A program made the position numbers and the translations under genes. The notes below the pieces were generated by a model. It had not been told where the DNA came from and did not search any database. It was given only the letters and a program-made list of their open reading frames with translations. Source: Lingula anatina (lineage: Eukaryota > Animalia > Brachiopoda). Taken from it: a DNA stretch of 64,000 nt. Below, piece by piece: positions 12,251-23,577 of this stretch (positions are counted from its first letter, which is position 1; every line of letters begins with the position of its first letter). Where the stretch lies: NCBI GenBank assembly GCA_051362555.1, contig CM120642.1, forward strand, positions 19,840,001-19,904,000, written 5' to 3'.

Positions 12251-14430
12251 ATGGCAAGAAATGTCGACACGTGCATTTTGGATGGACTAGATATCGACTT
12301 TTCTCGTTATTTCTCGTCCAGAGCCCTCACCTTTGCATCAAAACTAAAGACAGTCTCTCTGGACAGCCACTACTTCTACAGGCGGAACACACCTATTGAC
12401 TTTAAACCAATGGTGGACAAAATGCGGCAAGATAAAGTAAATGAAATCGGTTTCCTGAGACTTCCCTCCGAGAGAGTGATAGTTAACAAAAAGATTGATG
12501 AAGGGAATAAGGGCTACCTTTCTATTTTGGGACCTCTCCTCGATTTTTGTATTGTCCGTGACATCCATTGCGCTTTTATTCGAGATGACGATGAGGATGT
12601 GTTATTAAACGTCCTGGCACTGGTCTCGGAAAAGTCACGGACGGGTGTTACGGTAGCAATCCCTAAAATGAATCCGTTCAGAAATATCAATATCACCAGC
12701 GCTCTGAGCAAAGCAAATCACAGTATCACTCTTCAAGTGAACAAAAAGTCAATCAAAAGTTTTCAATCTAAAAACACACACATCGTACCGATACAAGATG
12801 AAGTCAAGTCGGATACCGTTCCAACAAATGCAGTGAACATCTTTGCCTCTGGTGGCAGATACCAAGAGCGGTCGGTCTCTCTCTTCTTCGACTCGGTTCC
12901 ATCATATAACCTCCACTGGCAAGATCATGCATACAAGCACATCAGCATGACCAAGACGTGGAAACGAATCGACGAGTTTTCGGAGCACCGTTCGAGTGTA
13001 GATATGAGGAAAGGAAAATTATCTCCAGACGAAGAACCAGTAACAATTGCTGTTTTAGACACCGGTATTCTATCCTCGCATACCGCCTTTATGTCTGCCG
13101 ATGACGGCCCTAAAGGCTTCGGGAGAACGATTAAGGTGAAGAACTTTGTGCCTTCCAACTACGGGTCATACGAAAACGATGAGTGGTTGGATCGGAACGG
13201 TCACGGTACCCACTGTGCGTCCATCGCAGTCGGTGGCACTTTCAGAGCGTGGATCCCGGAAAACAAGCAGGAGGGGGCACTCCCCTCAAGGGAGTGTGGG
13301 GACATCGAATGCGGGGTAGCGCCCTTTGCTAGACTCGTCGTAGGAAAGATTGCCACAACCGGTGGTTATTCAAAACCAGAATGGATGGCGGAGGCTCTAG
13401 ATTGGATTGTAAATCTTGAACGTGAAGATAACATAAAAGTGGACATAATTTCCCTGTCAGTGGGATATACTAAATTTTCAAAGCGTTTGTTCGATTCAGT
13501 TTGCCGCACTCTTCTTGCGGGGAAAGTTATCGTATGCGCGTCAAGCAATGACGGCAGGCGCCAACAAACAAACATCAGTTTTCCTGCGAGATTTGGAAAT
13601 GTTCTCTGCGTTGGCAGTCATTCCAAGAAGGGACAGCCGTCTGAGTTTTCTCCAAATGGCCGAGAGATCGACGTTCTAGGTCCGGGTGAAGATATTTGGG
13701 CTGCGCTGTCTGCCAATGAGCATGGTGCTGTGTTCCCGTTCTCGGGGACTTCAGCTTCCACGCCCTTTGTGGCAGGTGTGTGCGCTCTGATTCTGGTAGC
13801 TGCCCAGCGCATAGGTGAGACTTACGTAACGTATACGTATTTTTGTGTGTCACAATAAATTTTATATTGTGAATGATAATTATCACGCGGCGCACTCTTA
13901 CAAACATGCAGCATATTTTGTTGTACCTGGAAAAGAGTAGTTGCGAATAAATATATGGACTTATAAAACATCAAAATCAATTTCATGAAGTAATTTCTGC
14001 ATATGGTTGACTCATTTTTTTGCTTTTGAGAAGTTTTTTTATTTGATTTTTATCGATTCATATTTGAGAAATTCTGATACGAGAGGTTATCAACAATTTA
14101 CATGTTCATTTATCATTTCCTTTCTTTATTATTTATTTTACAAAATGGTTTTTAATAATACCTAAATTACGAAATAATGAAAAATGTGCTTTCATCTTTA
14201 CAGGCGGTGAGACCCTACGCAGCAGAGTGTCGAACACGAGCGTGATGCGTGAAATCCTCCGCAAGATGGCGACAAAGCCCGGTCACCATGACGAGTCAAT
14301 GGGCTACGGGAACGTGGATCCTTGGAATGTATTTAACTACGGGAATGCTTATTTCAAGAGAATCATTGACGATGTTCTCGAGTTGGATGACAATTCAGCA
14401 CCAACGCGTGTAAAACAACTACCAGAATAG
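12251..14430 (+). CDS. Intracellular subtilisin-like serine protease (peptidase S8) with an unassigned N-terminal region
   Basis: Exons 12251-13814 and 14204-14430, joined by a phase-1 GT-AG intron, give ~596 aa. Catalytic motifs: AVLDTG (Asp), HGTHCA (His), ASSND (oxyanion Asn) and SGTSASTPFVAG (Ser); the C-terminal GYG motif is in exon 2. The ATG sits in CAAGATGG with an in-frame TGA upstream, after a splice acceptor at 12181-12182. There is no hydrophobic signal peptide. Confidence 0.92.
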
Positions 14431-14798
14431 GTGACCGGTGGGGGAGGCAGAACTCTTACTTTGAATGGACTATCACGGCTGTAAAAAATACAGGATACAA
14501 AAAGACCTAAAAAGAGTTATAAGACTGACTACAAAGCGCGCAAAAAATTTTGTAGTCAAACATTTCAAACGAGAAAGAAAAGAGTATTGCGCATTCTTTT
14601 ATTATTATTATTATTATTTTTTTTTTTTTTTTTTGAACATTTAAAAATTTTTTGCATTGCGTATCTTTAACGTGCTAATGTCAAATGTATCAGTTAAAAT
14701 AGTGATTCAGGTAAAAAAAAAATCAGTTCTTTATGAACAAGTTAACCAGAAGTGATTTTCAATAAGAATAAATCAGCGATTATTCTTCATTCAACATT

Positions 14799-17065
14799 TG
14801 TTGTAAAGTAAATGACTCACACTTTCACTAATTACAGATAATAATCAAAATTGAATCAAACGAGTAAAAGTTTTTGAGTGTAAGTTAAGTTTCACCAAGA
14901 GTCAACAAGTGTAGAACATGTTTTAAGTGTCAGAAAAAGTCAAAGTCAGAAACAGTTTATGTGATTGGTTAAATTCATAACATTTTTTAATTTTGATCAA
15001 CTGTTTATCACATGATAAATGAGTTTTGGATAAGGTCCAAGCATGAGTAATTCAAATAATATTTTAGATATCTTAAATTGAAAAGAAGTATCTTAGGGAT
15101 TGCCTAATAAGGAAATGTTGCACGGTGACTCACAACATGAGAATGGAAAATTCCTTGTAATCACACAAAGACAATGGAAAAGAAAACAAGTAAATGCGTG
15201 ATCAGTACGGAGAAATTGAGTATAAATATTTGTGATGTTGTATGAAGAAAAAGTCGGTGAATAAACGTTAGAAAGCTCCAGACCGCTGTCGTTATAATTC
15301 TCATTCTAACAAGTGGTGGAGAAAAAATCGATCCCCGCTCTACCGAGGCAAGCGGAACGGCGATACAGTTATAGTGATGACGGCAGCAGGAGCGTAGACA
15401 CCGATGGGTTCACACCATCCACCCAAGGGCAAACATCGTCAGTGCCCCAGTGCAGAGAAAACTGAGTATGCTGGGTATTGAAAATTGCCATAAGTCATTA
15501 CCTTAGCAACAATGAATAGCTGAAAAAAAAAGACGAAGATGTCCTCAGATGTTAATAACATATTGCATATTGTATATTAAGTATTAAATGTCTGAAGTAT
15601 TATAAATATAAATCTATTTGGTTTATTGATCTTATGATTGTTGGTTATCGATATTTGAACAGATGATTATTGTTATATAAACAATGTATTTAACTTTTGT
15701 AATAATGATGACATGAAACTGATGATATGCATTAAGGAAGATTCTCACATTTTGCGACTTACTTATTTATCAGTATAAGTTTAGTGGACTGAATTTGATG
15801 TGAACAAAGCGTTTCTCTTATAGTCATCACAGAGGATAGCTACAGTGTGGACAAATACGAAGATGAACAGGTACTTCATCATGAACGCTGCGCTGGTCGC
15901 AACGTTGTGGTGATTGCTATTCATTGGACAGGGGAGGGCCGACCCAATATTGTCTCATGTAGTGCATTCCTCCTATGTCTTAAATGACAACCGAAAGAGC
16001 AAAATGTATAATAAAGTGTGTCAGCACCATAATAGGAGAGCAATATATTTCGATATCCGCATGAGAAAACTAATAAAAAGTATGGACTACAGATGCTATT
16101 GGAGTACAGATCAAATGGTGTAAATAACAATATATCCACGAACAAATACATTTTCATGAAAAGTTATTAATTATTCTTTCTTCAACTCATATTTTTAGTT
16201 TCTTGTCGAATGTGTTTTTAATTTTATGTATAAGTTACGTATATAGGATTAATTTATTTAGTTTTATTCCTGCACGAATTTATGACTGAAATAGACTGTT
16301 TAAGGAAAATTATTATTTTTTTATACTTATTGCTTTTTTAATTTGATTTTGCAGAATATAAAGAACTTGCGTATAACATTTACATTCATGACAGACCTGT
16401 AACTTTGTCATTTCAGCTTTTTAAATGATTACGTATTTTATTTTATTTAGTATTTGCTTTGCTTTAAAAAAAGGATGAAAAAGGAGCGTATGTTGTAAAG
16501 CTTTAGAATTCGAGGACGAATTCTTTTGAAGAAGGGGTGTATGTTGTAAAGTAAATGACTCACACTTTCACTAATTACAGATAATAATTAAAATTGAATC
16601 AAACGAGTAAAAGGATAGAGAGTTATTGAGTGTAAGTTAAGTTTCACCTAGAGTCAACAAGTGTAGGACATGTTTTAGTGTCAGAAAAAGATGGAAAAGG
16701 TCAAAGTCAGAAACAGTTTATGTGATTGGTTAATTTCATAACATATTTTAATTTTGATCAATTGTTTATCACATGATAACTGAGTTTTGGATAAGGTCCA
16801 AGCATGAGTAATTCAAATGATATTTTAGATATCTTTAATTGAAAACAAGTATCTTGGGGATTGCCTAATAAGGAAATGTTGACTCACAACATGATAATGG
16901 AAAATTTCTTGTAATCACGCAAAGACAATGGAAAAGAAAGCAAGTAAATGCGTGATCAATACGGAGAAATTGAGTATAAATATTTGTGAAGTTGTATGAA
17001 TAAAAAGTTGGTGAATAAACCTAAGAAAGCTCCAGACCGCTGTCGTTATATTTCTCATTATAACA
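14799..17065 (+). mobile_element. Non-autonomous LTR retrotransposon (TRIM/LARD-like, Gypsy-type features)
   Basis: 5' LTR 14799-15311 and 3' LTR 16542-17065 both run TGTT...AACA. A 4-bp TSD CATT is present on both sides. PBS TGGTGGAGAA lies at 15313 and PPT GAAGAAGGGG lies just before the 3' LTR. The 1.23-kb interior has no gag or pol ORF. Confidence 0.92.
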
Positions 17066-20000
17066 CATTTAATACTGAGGATTGTTTACTTCAAATATTT
17101 CGATGTGTCAAGAGGTTTTATTTCTCGCAGAATGAAGTAATCATGGTGAATAACCTTTATCCAGGTAAACATTTTTTTCTTTTTTTTTTCTTTTTGCATT
17201 TGTGAACTGATCACGTTTAGGTGAACTATATATACCAAATTTCACATATCACCATCTTTATAGTTTTCATGTTAAGAAAGCAATGAATAGATTTTAATCA
17301 TTAAAACACCATTCCGTTACGGCTTTGAAGAATTTCATGATCACTGCATGAACATATGTTTAATGTAAATACATTTCACCAATAACTGATAACTATTTAA
17401 GACATTGTCAATCATTTAATAATAATGATAATAATAATAATAAGTATTCAAAAACAATACCAAGATCATAAGGAAATTGATGTTGATGTAATGTGAACTG
17501 ATGTTGAGTTGTGACTGGTGTCACGTGGTGACAGTCTGCGGGAGATGTTCCCCGGGCCCGTGTAACGAGGGTCCGTATAACGGAAAATCCGCCGTCTATT
17601 TAATTATAATTGTTAGGTTATCCCGACCTTGGGTCAAAATGTAGGGCGAGGCTTACCTGTACAAATTAATGGGAAGGGGACCCTCTATAATCGCGGGCTG
17701 ACTCTCTGTCACGTATCATAGATGTGATAGTTGATATCTCAGGCCACTGTGCTTGTTGAGGGTGGGTTTCTTTCAATCTCTTTCATGAATGGTCTCACTC
17801 CTTGACTGAACTAATCCTCCTGCTTATCATGATTTCAAACGTAAAAGCAACATAAGAGTCAATTTGATTATGATCTTAATATAATACAACTGGATGCATA
17901 AACAGTAAGAGTTGTCTATGAAAAGGAAAGTTTGGCGTAGTCAAACGATATTTTATGGCGACAACAATCTCCAGAGCTTATTTACGCACATGCGCATTCT
18001 GCACATGCTCAATTCTACTCTAGAGGGGTGGTCCCAATTGAGGCACATGTTGCTACTTATACCAGGGGACGTCACTGCCTGACCCATTTTGCGCTCATTC
18101 TGTTGTCGCGCACGATACGTTGAAGCTACAAGTTATCTCCGACTTTCAACTTAAACCTTCAGTTCAGAAAATTTCATCGGCTTTTCCTTCGATGAGACCT
18201 TTCCAGCAGTTCATCGATATTTCGAACGGTTACAACACGTTTACAGCATATTATATCAGCGAAAGATTATGTACAAGTTCAAGCAGGGAGTAGCTGTACA
18301 TGTACACTGTACGTAGTACATCTGCCGACTGTTAGGCTACATGAAGGCGGTAAGTTATTTTCTCTACTGATTTATCAGATGCCGTTGACATAATCCATTT
18401 GCTCATGACCTTCTGGTTTGCTCTAATAATGGTCACGGCGACTGCACTATAAGGCTCCTTGCGTATCTCCTATTCAATTTTTTAGTTATCACTGAAGTTA
18501 CCGTTTATACCTACCATTTATTAATTATCTTTGAGTTGCACATTTACGACTCCGTTTATAAGTCTTCTGATCACGATTGTCTTATCAACCCCCACCCTTC
18601 ACACATCTTGAATTTTGGGGTTCACTTATGCTTAGGGCACTACAACTGATAAGTAAACATAGTTATTAGCTTTTTCCTTCTACTAAACAAGATCATGTTA
18701 CATGGATATTGCAAGAATAGTACAGTCACGGAAAATTTAGTGAAACAAAAATACTTATTGAAGCATATCGCTTTTAGATTTTTTATATTCTATAAGCCCT
18801 ATTCATTTTCTGGGGTCTTTTCTCTTTCAGCTTTCAGTGGATATTGTAAAACTTTCCCACCCTAGTTAAGCCACCCTGTGTTCCTGCCCCAATTTCATTT
18901 CACAAATCTCCAAGAAGAGTTTCCTGTTCTCTGATTTTAATTAAAATTATACCCAAGCTTAACGTTCTTTCTGTGGCCTATTAAACGAGTCTGGCCCCTT
19001 TTATTAAACAGTTCATAGAGGCTTACGATCCCTGGCCTTACTGCCGAGGGTAATTATGCCCTCACCCAAGCAGTATCATCCTGGCCACCTGTTATGATAG
19101 TGATAAAGGCTGACAGCTGCCTAGTAGTAGTTCTCATAAGTTAAGTTCGAGCTATAATGATGAACATATACGTTGGATTAACGAGATACTGGCTAAGTGT
19201 AGACATTTAATATTACTTTAATCATTCACCCACAACAAGAAAAACAAAACATTTGGGTCTCACAATGCAAACTAGCTCAGACACGCTTTTAAACTCATAA
19301 CGGTTTTAAGATCAGAGGTTGATAAAGAAGGACTTAGTTTATAATAAAGGGCAATCTAATAATTATTTTGGGTATCGATTATCTTACAGCCAAGCATGAC
19401 ATCTTGCCGTATATCTTAGTATTAATAATCTTCCAAAAACAATGTAAATGGCCTCATCCTGGAAATTCAGTATCCTTTGTCGTATATCAGGACCCATGAT
19501 TCAAACTTTCATATAATGTTTACCCCATAGTAAAAACGCAACAACCACTTTAATTTGCTAATATAGGGATTTATTTAGCTTCACATACATACATTGAATA
19601 CCCAATCAACTAAACTAAATCAAGTACACCTGTGTTAGTAAAACAAAGGACTTCCTAACCCTGGGGCGAACAATACCCAGGAAATCACACCTCTAGATAT
19701 CTGATCGTGGGCACCTGGGCCCTTGCAAGTGATAGCCCTTAACAGACTGCAGCTGAGTTATTGTTCTGTGTTTACTTCATTGCAAACAAAATGTTCATAT
19801 AAACTGCAGTCTTAGAACACAGACAAGAGTCTTACATAATCCCATACGTACACCCTGACAACCGTGCTAGCGCCTAAAGAGGGCAATTCATACACAAGCT
19901 TCCTCAATCACCGATGGCCGGTTTCTAGTTAGAAAGTAGTGTAGCTAAAGTTGTATTGTTTTATATTAAATTGTTTTGTTAATTAACGTAAACGGGTGGT

Positions 20001-20342
20001 CTGTATAGCCACTATTTATGCCAGATGTTAAACATTAGTAAATATACCAACGAATCAAGGCTATATTCGCCAATAACAGCTCGTAATTATCATTGAGCCC
20101 AATGAATTTTTCCGACCGTAATATTTCCCCTTCTAACCAAGGTAGGGACATTGAAGAGTTAGCCCGTCTTTTTCACGACGAATTCGGTGTTTCTCTTGTG
20201 GTGGAGAATATAAGTTCACCACTGACTGCGTCCCCCTCACCCTTCTTTTAACGATCAAGTTGACCAGCTCAACATTCATCTTGCAGACTTGCCCTTATGA
20301 AATCCATTTACTTCCTTTTGGAAGAACGTAGGTCTGCGGAAA

Positions 20343-20907
20343 GTGACCCGGTGTGGCGTGTACCGCTCGGAGCGTGAACAATCCGTTCTGCTCATGCGCA
20401 CAAAGCGCAGGCAAATCTGAGAGACTTCCGGCGTGTACAGTCCGTCTCAATAGAGTCATGAATACATTCTTAGCCTTTAATAAACATGCGCTGTTGAGAA
20501 CATACTGCAAATTAAAAAATAATATTTAGAAGTATTCATATCTTATAGATGTTCACCTCTACTGTGATTTCCCTCAGGTGGCCATATCAACACACTAGCC
20601 TAGTAAAATCAGTACTAAAATGGTAGCCGGCAGCTGAATAACGACAGCCCGTCCATGGTAGGTTCATCCATGCATCAAGCTGTAATTTGACGCTGATTCT
20701 CTATCAAAATTATCAATTAACACATGAACTTTATCCCCATCATAGTAAATGTATAATTTGGTAGGGAATGAACTAGCCGAATATAACAGTACAGGTGAGT
20801 AACAACGGATCATTCACGGAACGGTTCATACACGCGTCTGCTGCGTGTACAATCGGTCAGGACGGATGGTTCACGCAGAACGGACCGTACACGTGACACC
20901 GGTTTCA
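20343..20907. repeat. Degenerate inverted-repeat element (old MITE-like)
   Basis: GTGACCCGGTGTGGCGTGTACCG..GCGTGAACAATCCGTTCTG at the left end matches the reverse complement of the right end, GTGAAACCGGTGTCACGTGTACGG..GCGTGAACCATCCGTCCTG. Confidence 0.6.
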
Positions 20908-21044
20908 CACCAAACCAGACGGGGTGCATCTTTCGGAGGTTGGCCAGTATAAAGTATATCGTAGTATGCAGGGCGCCATTATTAGGAAGGCCTTTTGGCT
21001 TAGCATTAAGTTTTTCCTAATCCCTTCCAACTTCATCATAAGTC

Positions 21045-21268
21045 TTTTCAGGTCCATAGACTCATTTCTTCTTCTTGTTATAGGCCCCGACCTTTTCAGG
21101 GCCACCGGTAAGTTTGCCCTTGCCCTTACTTCTTAAAACATACCCACAAGATATCCTTATTTTTTCAGATATCTTGTTGTATATTTATTTTCACCTTCAT
21201 CATATGTCCTTTTCAGGCCCATAGACTCATTTCTTCTTTTTGTTATAGGCCCCGACCTTTTCAGGGCA
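21045..21268. repeat. ~60-bp direct duplication spaced ~165 bp
   Basis: TTTTCAGG.CCATAGACTCATTTCTTCTT.TTGTTATAGGCCCCGACCTTTTCAGGGC occurs at ~21045 and ~21210. Confidence 0.85.
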
Positions 21269-21994
21269 GCGGCCCAGCAAGCCTTGCGGGTCCATTCTTG
21301 ATCTTTACTCACTGCAGAGGTCATTGGAACAGCGGTATAAAAATATCTGACTTCCCCGTTTTAAGGGGCCAAGTGGGCCCCATTCCCGGTTTTTGCTCCA
21401 AAACTGTAATTCATTCCAGCATGTTGTGACAGGAGTGTTGCAAAAAATCCTACTTGCCTACCCGCTGTTTCATGTCGTATGAGAATTTTGACTCTATTTA
21501 CACTAAGATCTAATAAACAGAAAGATTGGACACTCGGCGATTCTTCAAAGGGTAATCCGATTAACTGTGGAAAGACGTTCGTACGGCGGAAGTAGTCAGT
21601 CGCGTTGTGATCGTGCGCAGGTAGAGCTCTGTTGCATGTGGGCGATTTCAAGGTAGGTAAATTACCTCTTTTAGTCTTGTAGTTTCTCTGAGAATGTATG
21701 TGCAGAAGGGAAAACTAACAGGGTTCACTTGTGTGTAAAATATGCAATATTTTGGAGCAGATATTATCGTGAAAATTTGCCTTCAATCCGTTGTTGCATT
21801 CAAATTAGCAATATGGCGACAGACAAGCGAGTTTGAATGCTTTGTTACCTAAGGTCTAACACGGGGAGTTTAACTTTATGTACGTTGGTTTTTATATTAC
21901 TGATGACTGAATAACACTGTCGTTTTATTGGTTGATAATTTAATTTATAGTAGCTTCGTTTTCTATGAAAATTTAAACAATACTTCGGGCAATA

Positions 21995-22760
21995 AAGCAA
22001 AATGGCGGTGCTGATCATAATCGCCGGGGTTAAAATGCACAGCCGAACACGAAAGTGGATCTATACAATGCGTTGGCAGTTTAACTTTGTCCATCTAAAA
22101 AAGTAGTGGAAGGTCGTAGGGTCAAACTTAGCTAAAATTTAGCTTTTTTTCTTAGGAATATTTAACGGTAAAAATGACAGTAACACAAGATGGCGGCGAC
22201 TTTTGATATCGATGGGCTTCAAATGCACAGCCGAACACGAAATTAGATCTGTACTATGCATTGGCAGTTAAACTGTGTTCATCTAAAAAAGTAGAAGAAG
22301 GTCGTAGGGTCAAACTTAGCTAAACTTAAGCTTTTTTCGTTAGGAATATTTAACGGTAAAGATGACAATAAAACAAGATGGCGGCGACTTTTGTTATCGA
22401 TGGGCTTCATGCACAGCCGAACACGAAATTAGATCTGTACTATGCATTGGCAGTTAAACTGTGTTCATCTAAAAAAGTAGAAGAAGGTCGTAGGGTCAAA
22501 CTTAGCTAAACTTAAGCTTTTTTCGTTAGGAATATTTAACGGTAAAGATGACAATAAAACAAGATGGCGGCGACTTTTGTTATCGATGGGCTTCAAATGC
22601 ACAGCCGAACACGAAATAAGATCTGTACTATGCATTGGCAGTTAACCTGTGTTCATCTAAAAAAGTAGTGGAAGGTCGTAGGGTCAAACTTAGCTCAAAT
22701 TTAGTTTTTTTTCTTAGAAATATTTATCGGTAAAGATGACAATAAAACAAGATGGCGGGG
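21995..22760. repeat. ~188-bp tandem repeat, ~4 copies
   Basis: ATGCACAGCCGAACACGAAA recurs at ~22035, 22223, 22409 and 22598. Each unit also carries GGTCGTAGGGTCAAACTTAGCT and (C)AAGATGGCGG. Confidence 0.93.
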
Positions 22761-22883
22761 ACTACAACTGGTGATATTTTTATCCAGGATTTATACCTAA
22801 GTAATGAGAAGATTGCGTGAAAATGTGCCTCACATCCTTATTATTATTATTATTTTTTTTTTTTTGTTTTGTTTTGTTTTCAG

Positions 22884-23577
22884 ATGCCATTAAAATGGGT
22901 CAAGGCCCGCAGGAGAAAAAATAAAGAGCAAAATCTGGCAGCAAAATCAAAAGGTAAGCTTTCTGGTCTATAACTAGAACTTTTTAGTTTATGGAGTTGA
23001 AAGTAAAATGTCTTACATACATGGGCACTATCAATCTGTCCCTTGTGTGTCATGCTCAGTAAGATATTTCCACTGTACCGACAACATTATTACAAGTATC
23101 GGATTTCCACTGTACCAACAACATTATTACCAGTATCGGATACAAAAAGGCAGGTGCAATCACCACAGTGGATTGAGTGGAATTATACAAATGACAAATA
23201 ATAAGAGACTAGCACATGTCAGAACCTTTTTAACAGTAAAATATTATTTTATTATTTCGGGTGAATGTCATAATGCAAGTGTTGCAGATGATTTAGATGC
23301 ACCACTGTCAAGTTTGCAAAGTGATTGTAAACAATCAAAAAGACACACAGATGTATTAAATAAGCAAAATGGTAAGCTGCCCGAAATTAAATATTTAATT
23401 TTTGCTCGATAGTTTTACAAGTGCACGAAAAGCTAGGTCAGTGTTGTCCGTACCGTGGATTTTAACATAACATGAGCAATTAACACGTCAGCATCTTTTT
23501 AACTGTGTCATAATATTTTTTCAGATATATGTTGCAATGGAAGTGATTCTGATGACGACGTACCTCTGTCAAGTTAA
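22884..23577 (+). pseudogene. Degenerate spliced gene fragment (basic exon plus acidic DDDVPLS-type exons), probably transposon-derived
   Basis: Exon-like units: 22884-22953 (MPLKWVKARRRKNKEQNLAAKSK, donor GTAAGC); 23261-23371 (ECHNASVADDLDAPLSSL..., whose acceptor reads CGG instead of CAG); and 23525 onward (ICCNGSDSDDDVPLSS, then stop). Confidence 0.45.

Noticed and set aside
12251-13858. S8 gene as bacterial contamination
   Set aside because: It has a phase-consistent GT-AG intron separating the conserved C-terminal GYG motif, a 5' splice acceptor and eukaryotic repeats on both flanks.
21995-22760. Regular repeat array considered as a CRISPR-like array
   Set aside because: Whole 188-bp units repeat with no unique spacers, there are no cas genes, and the context is eukaryotic.
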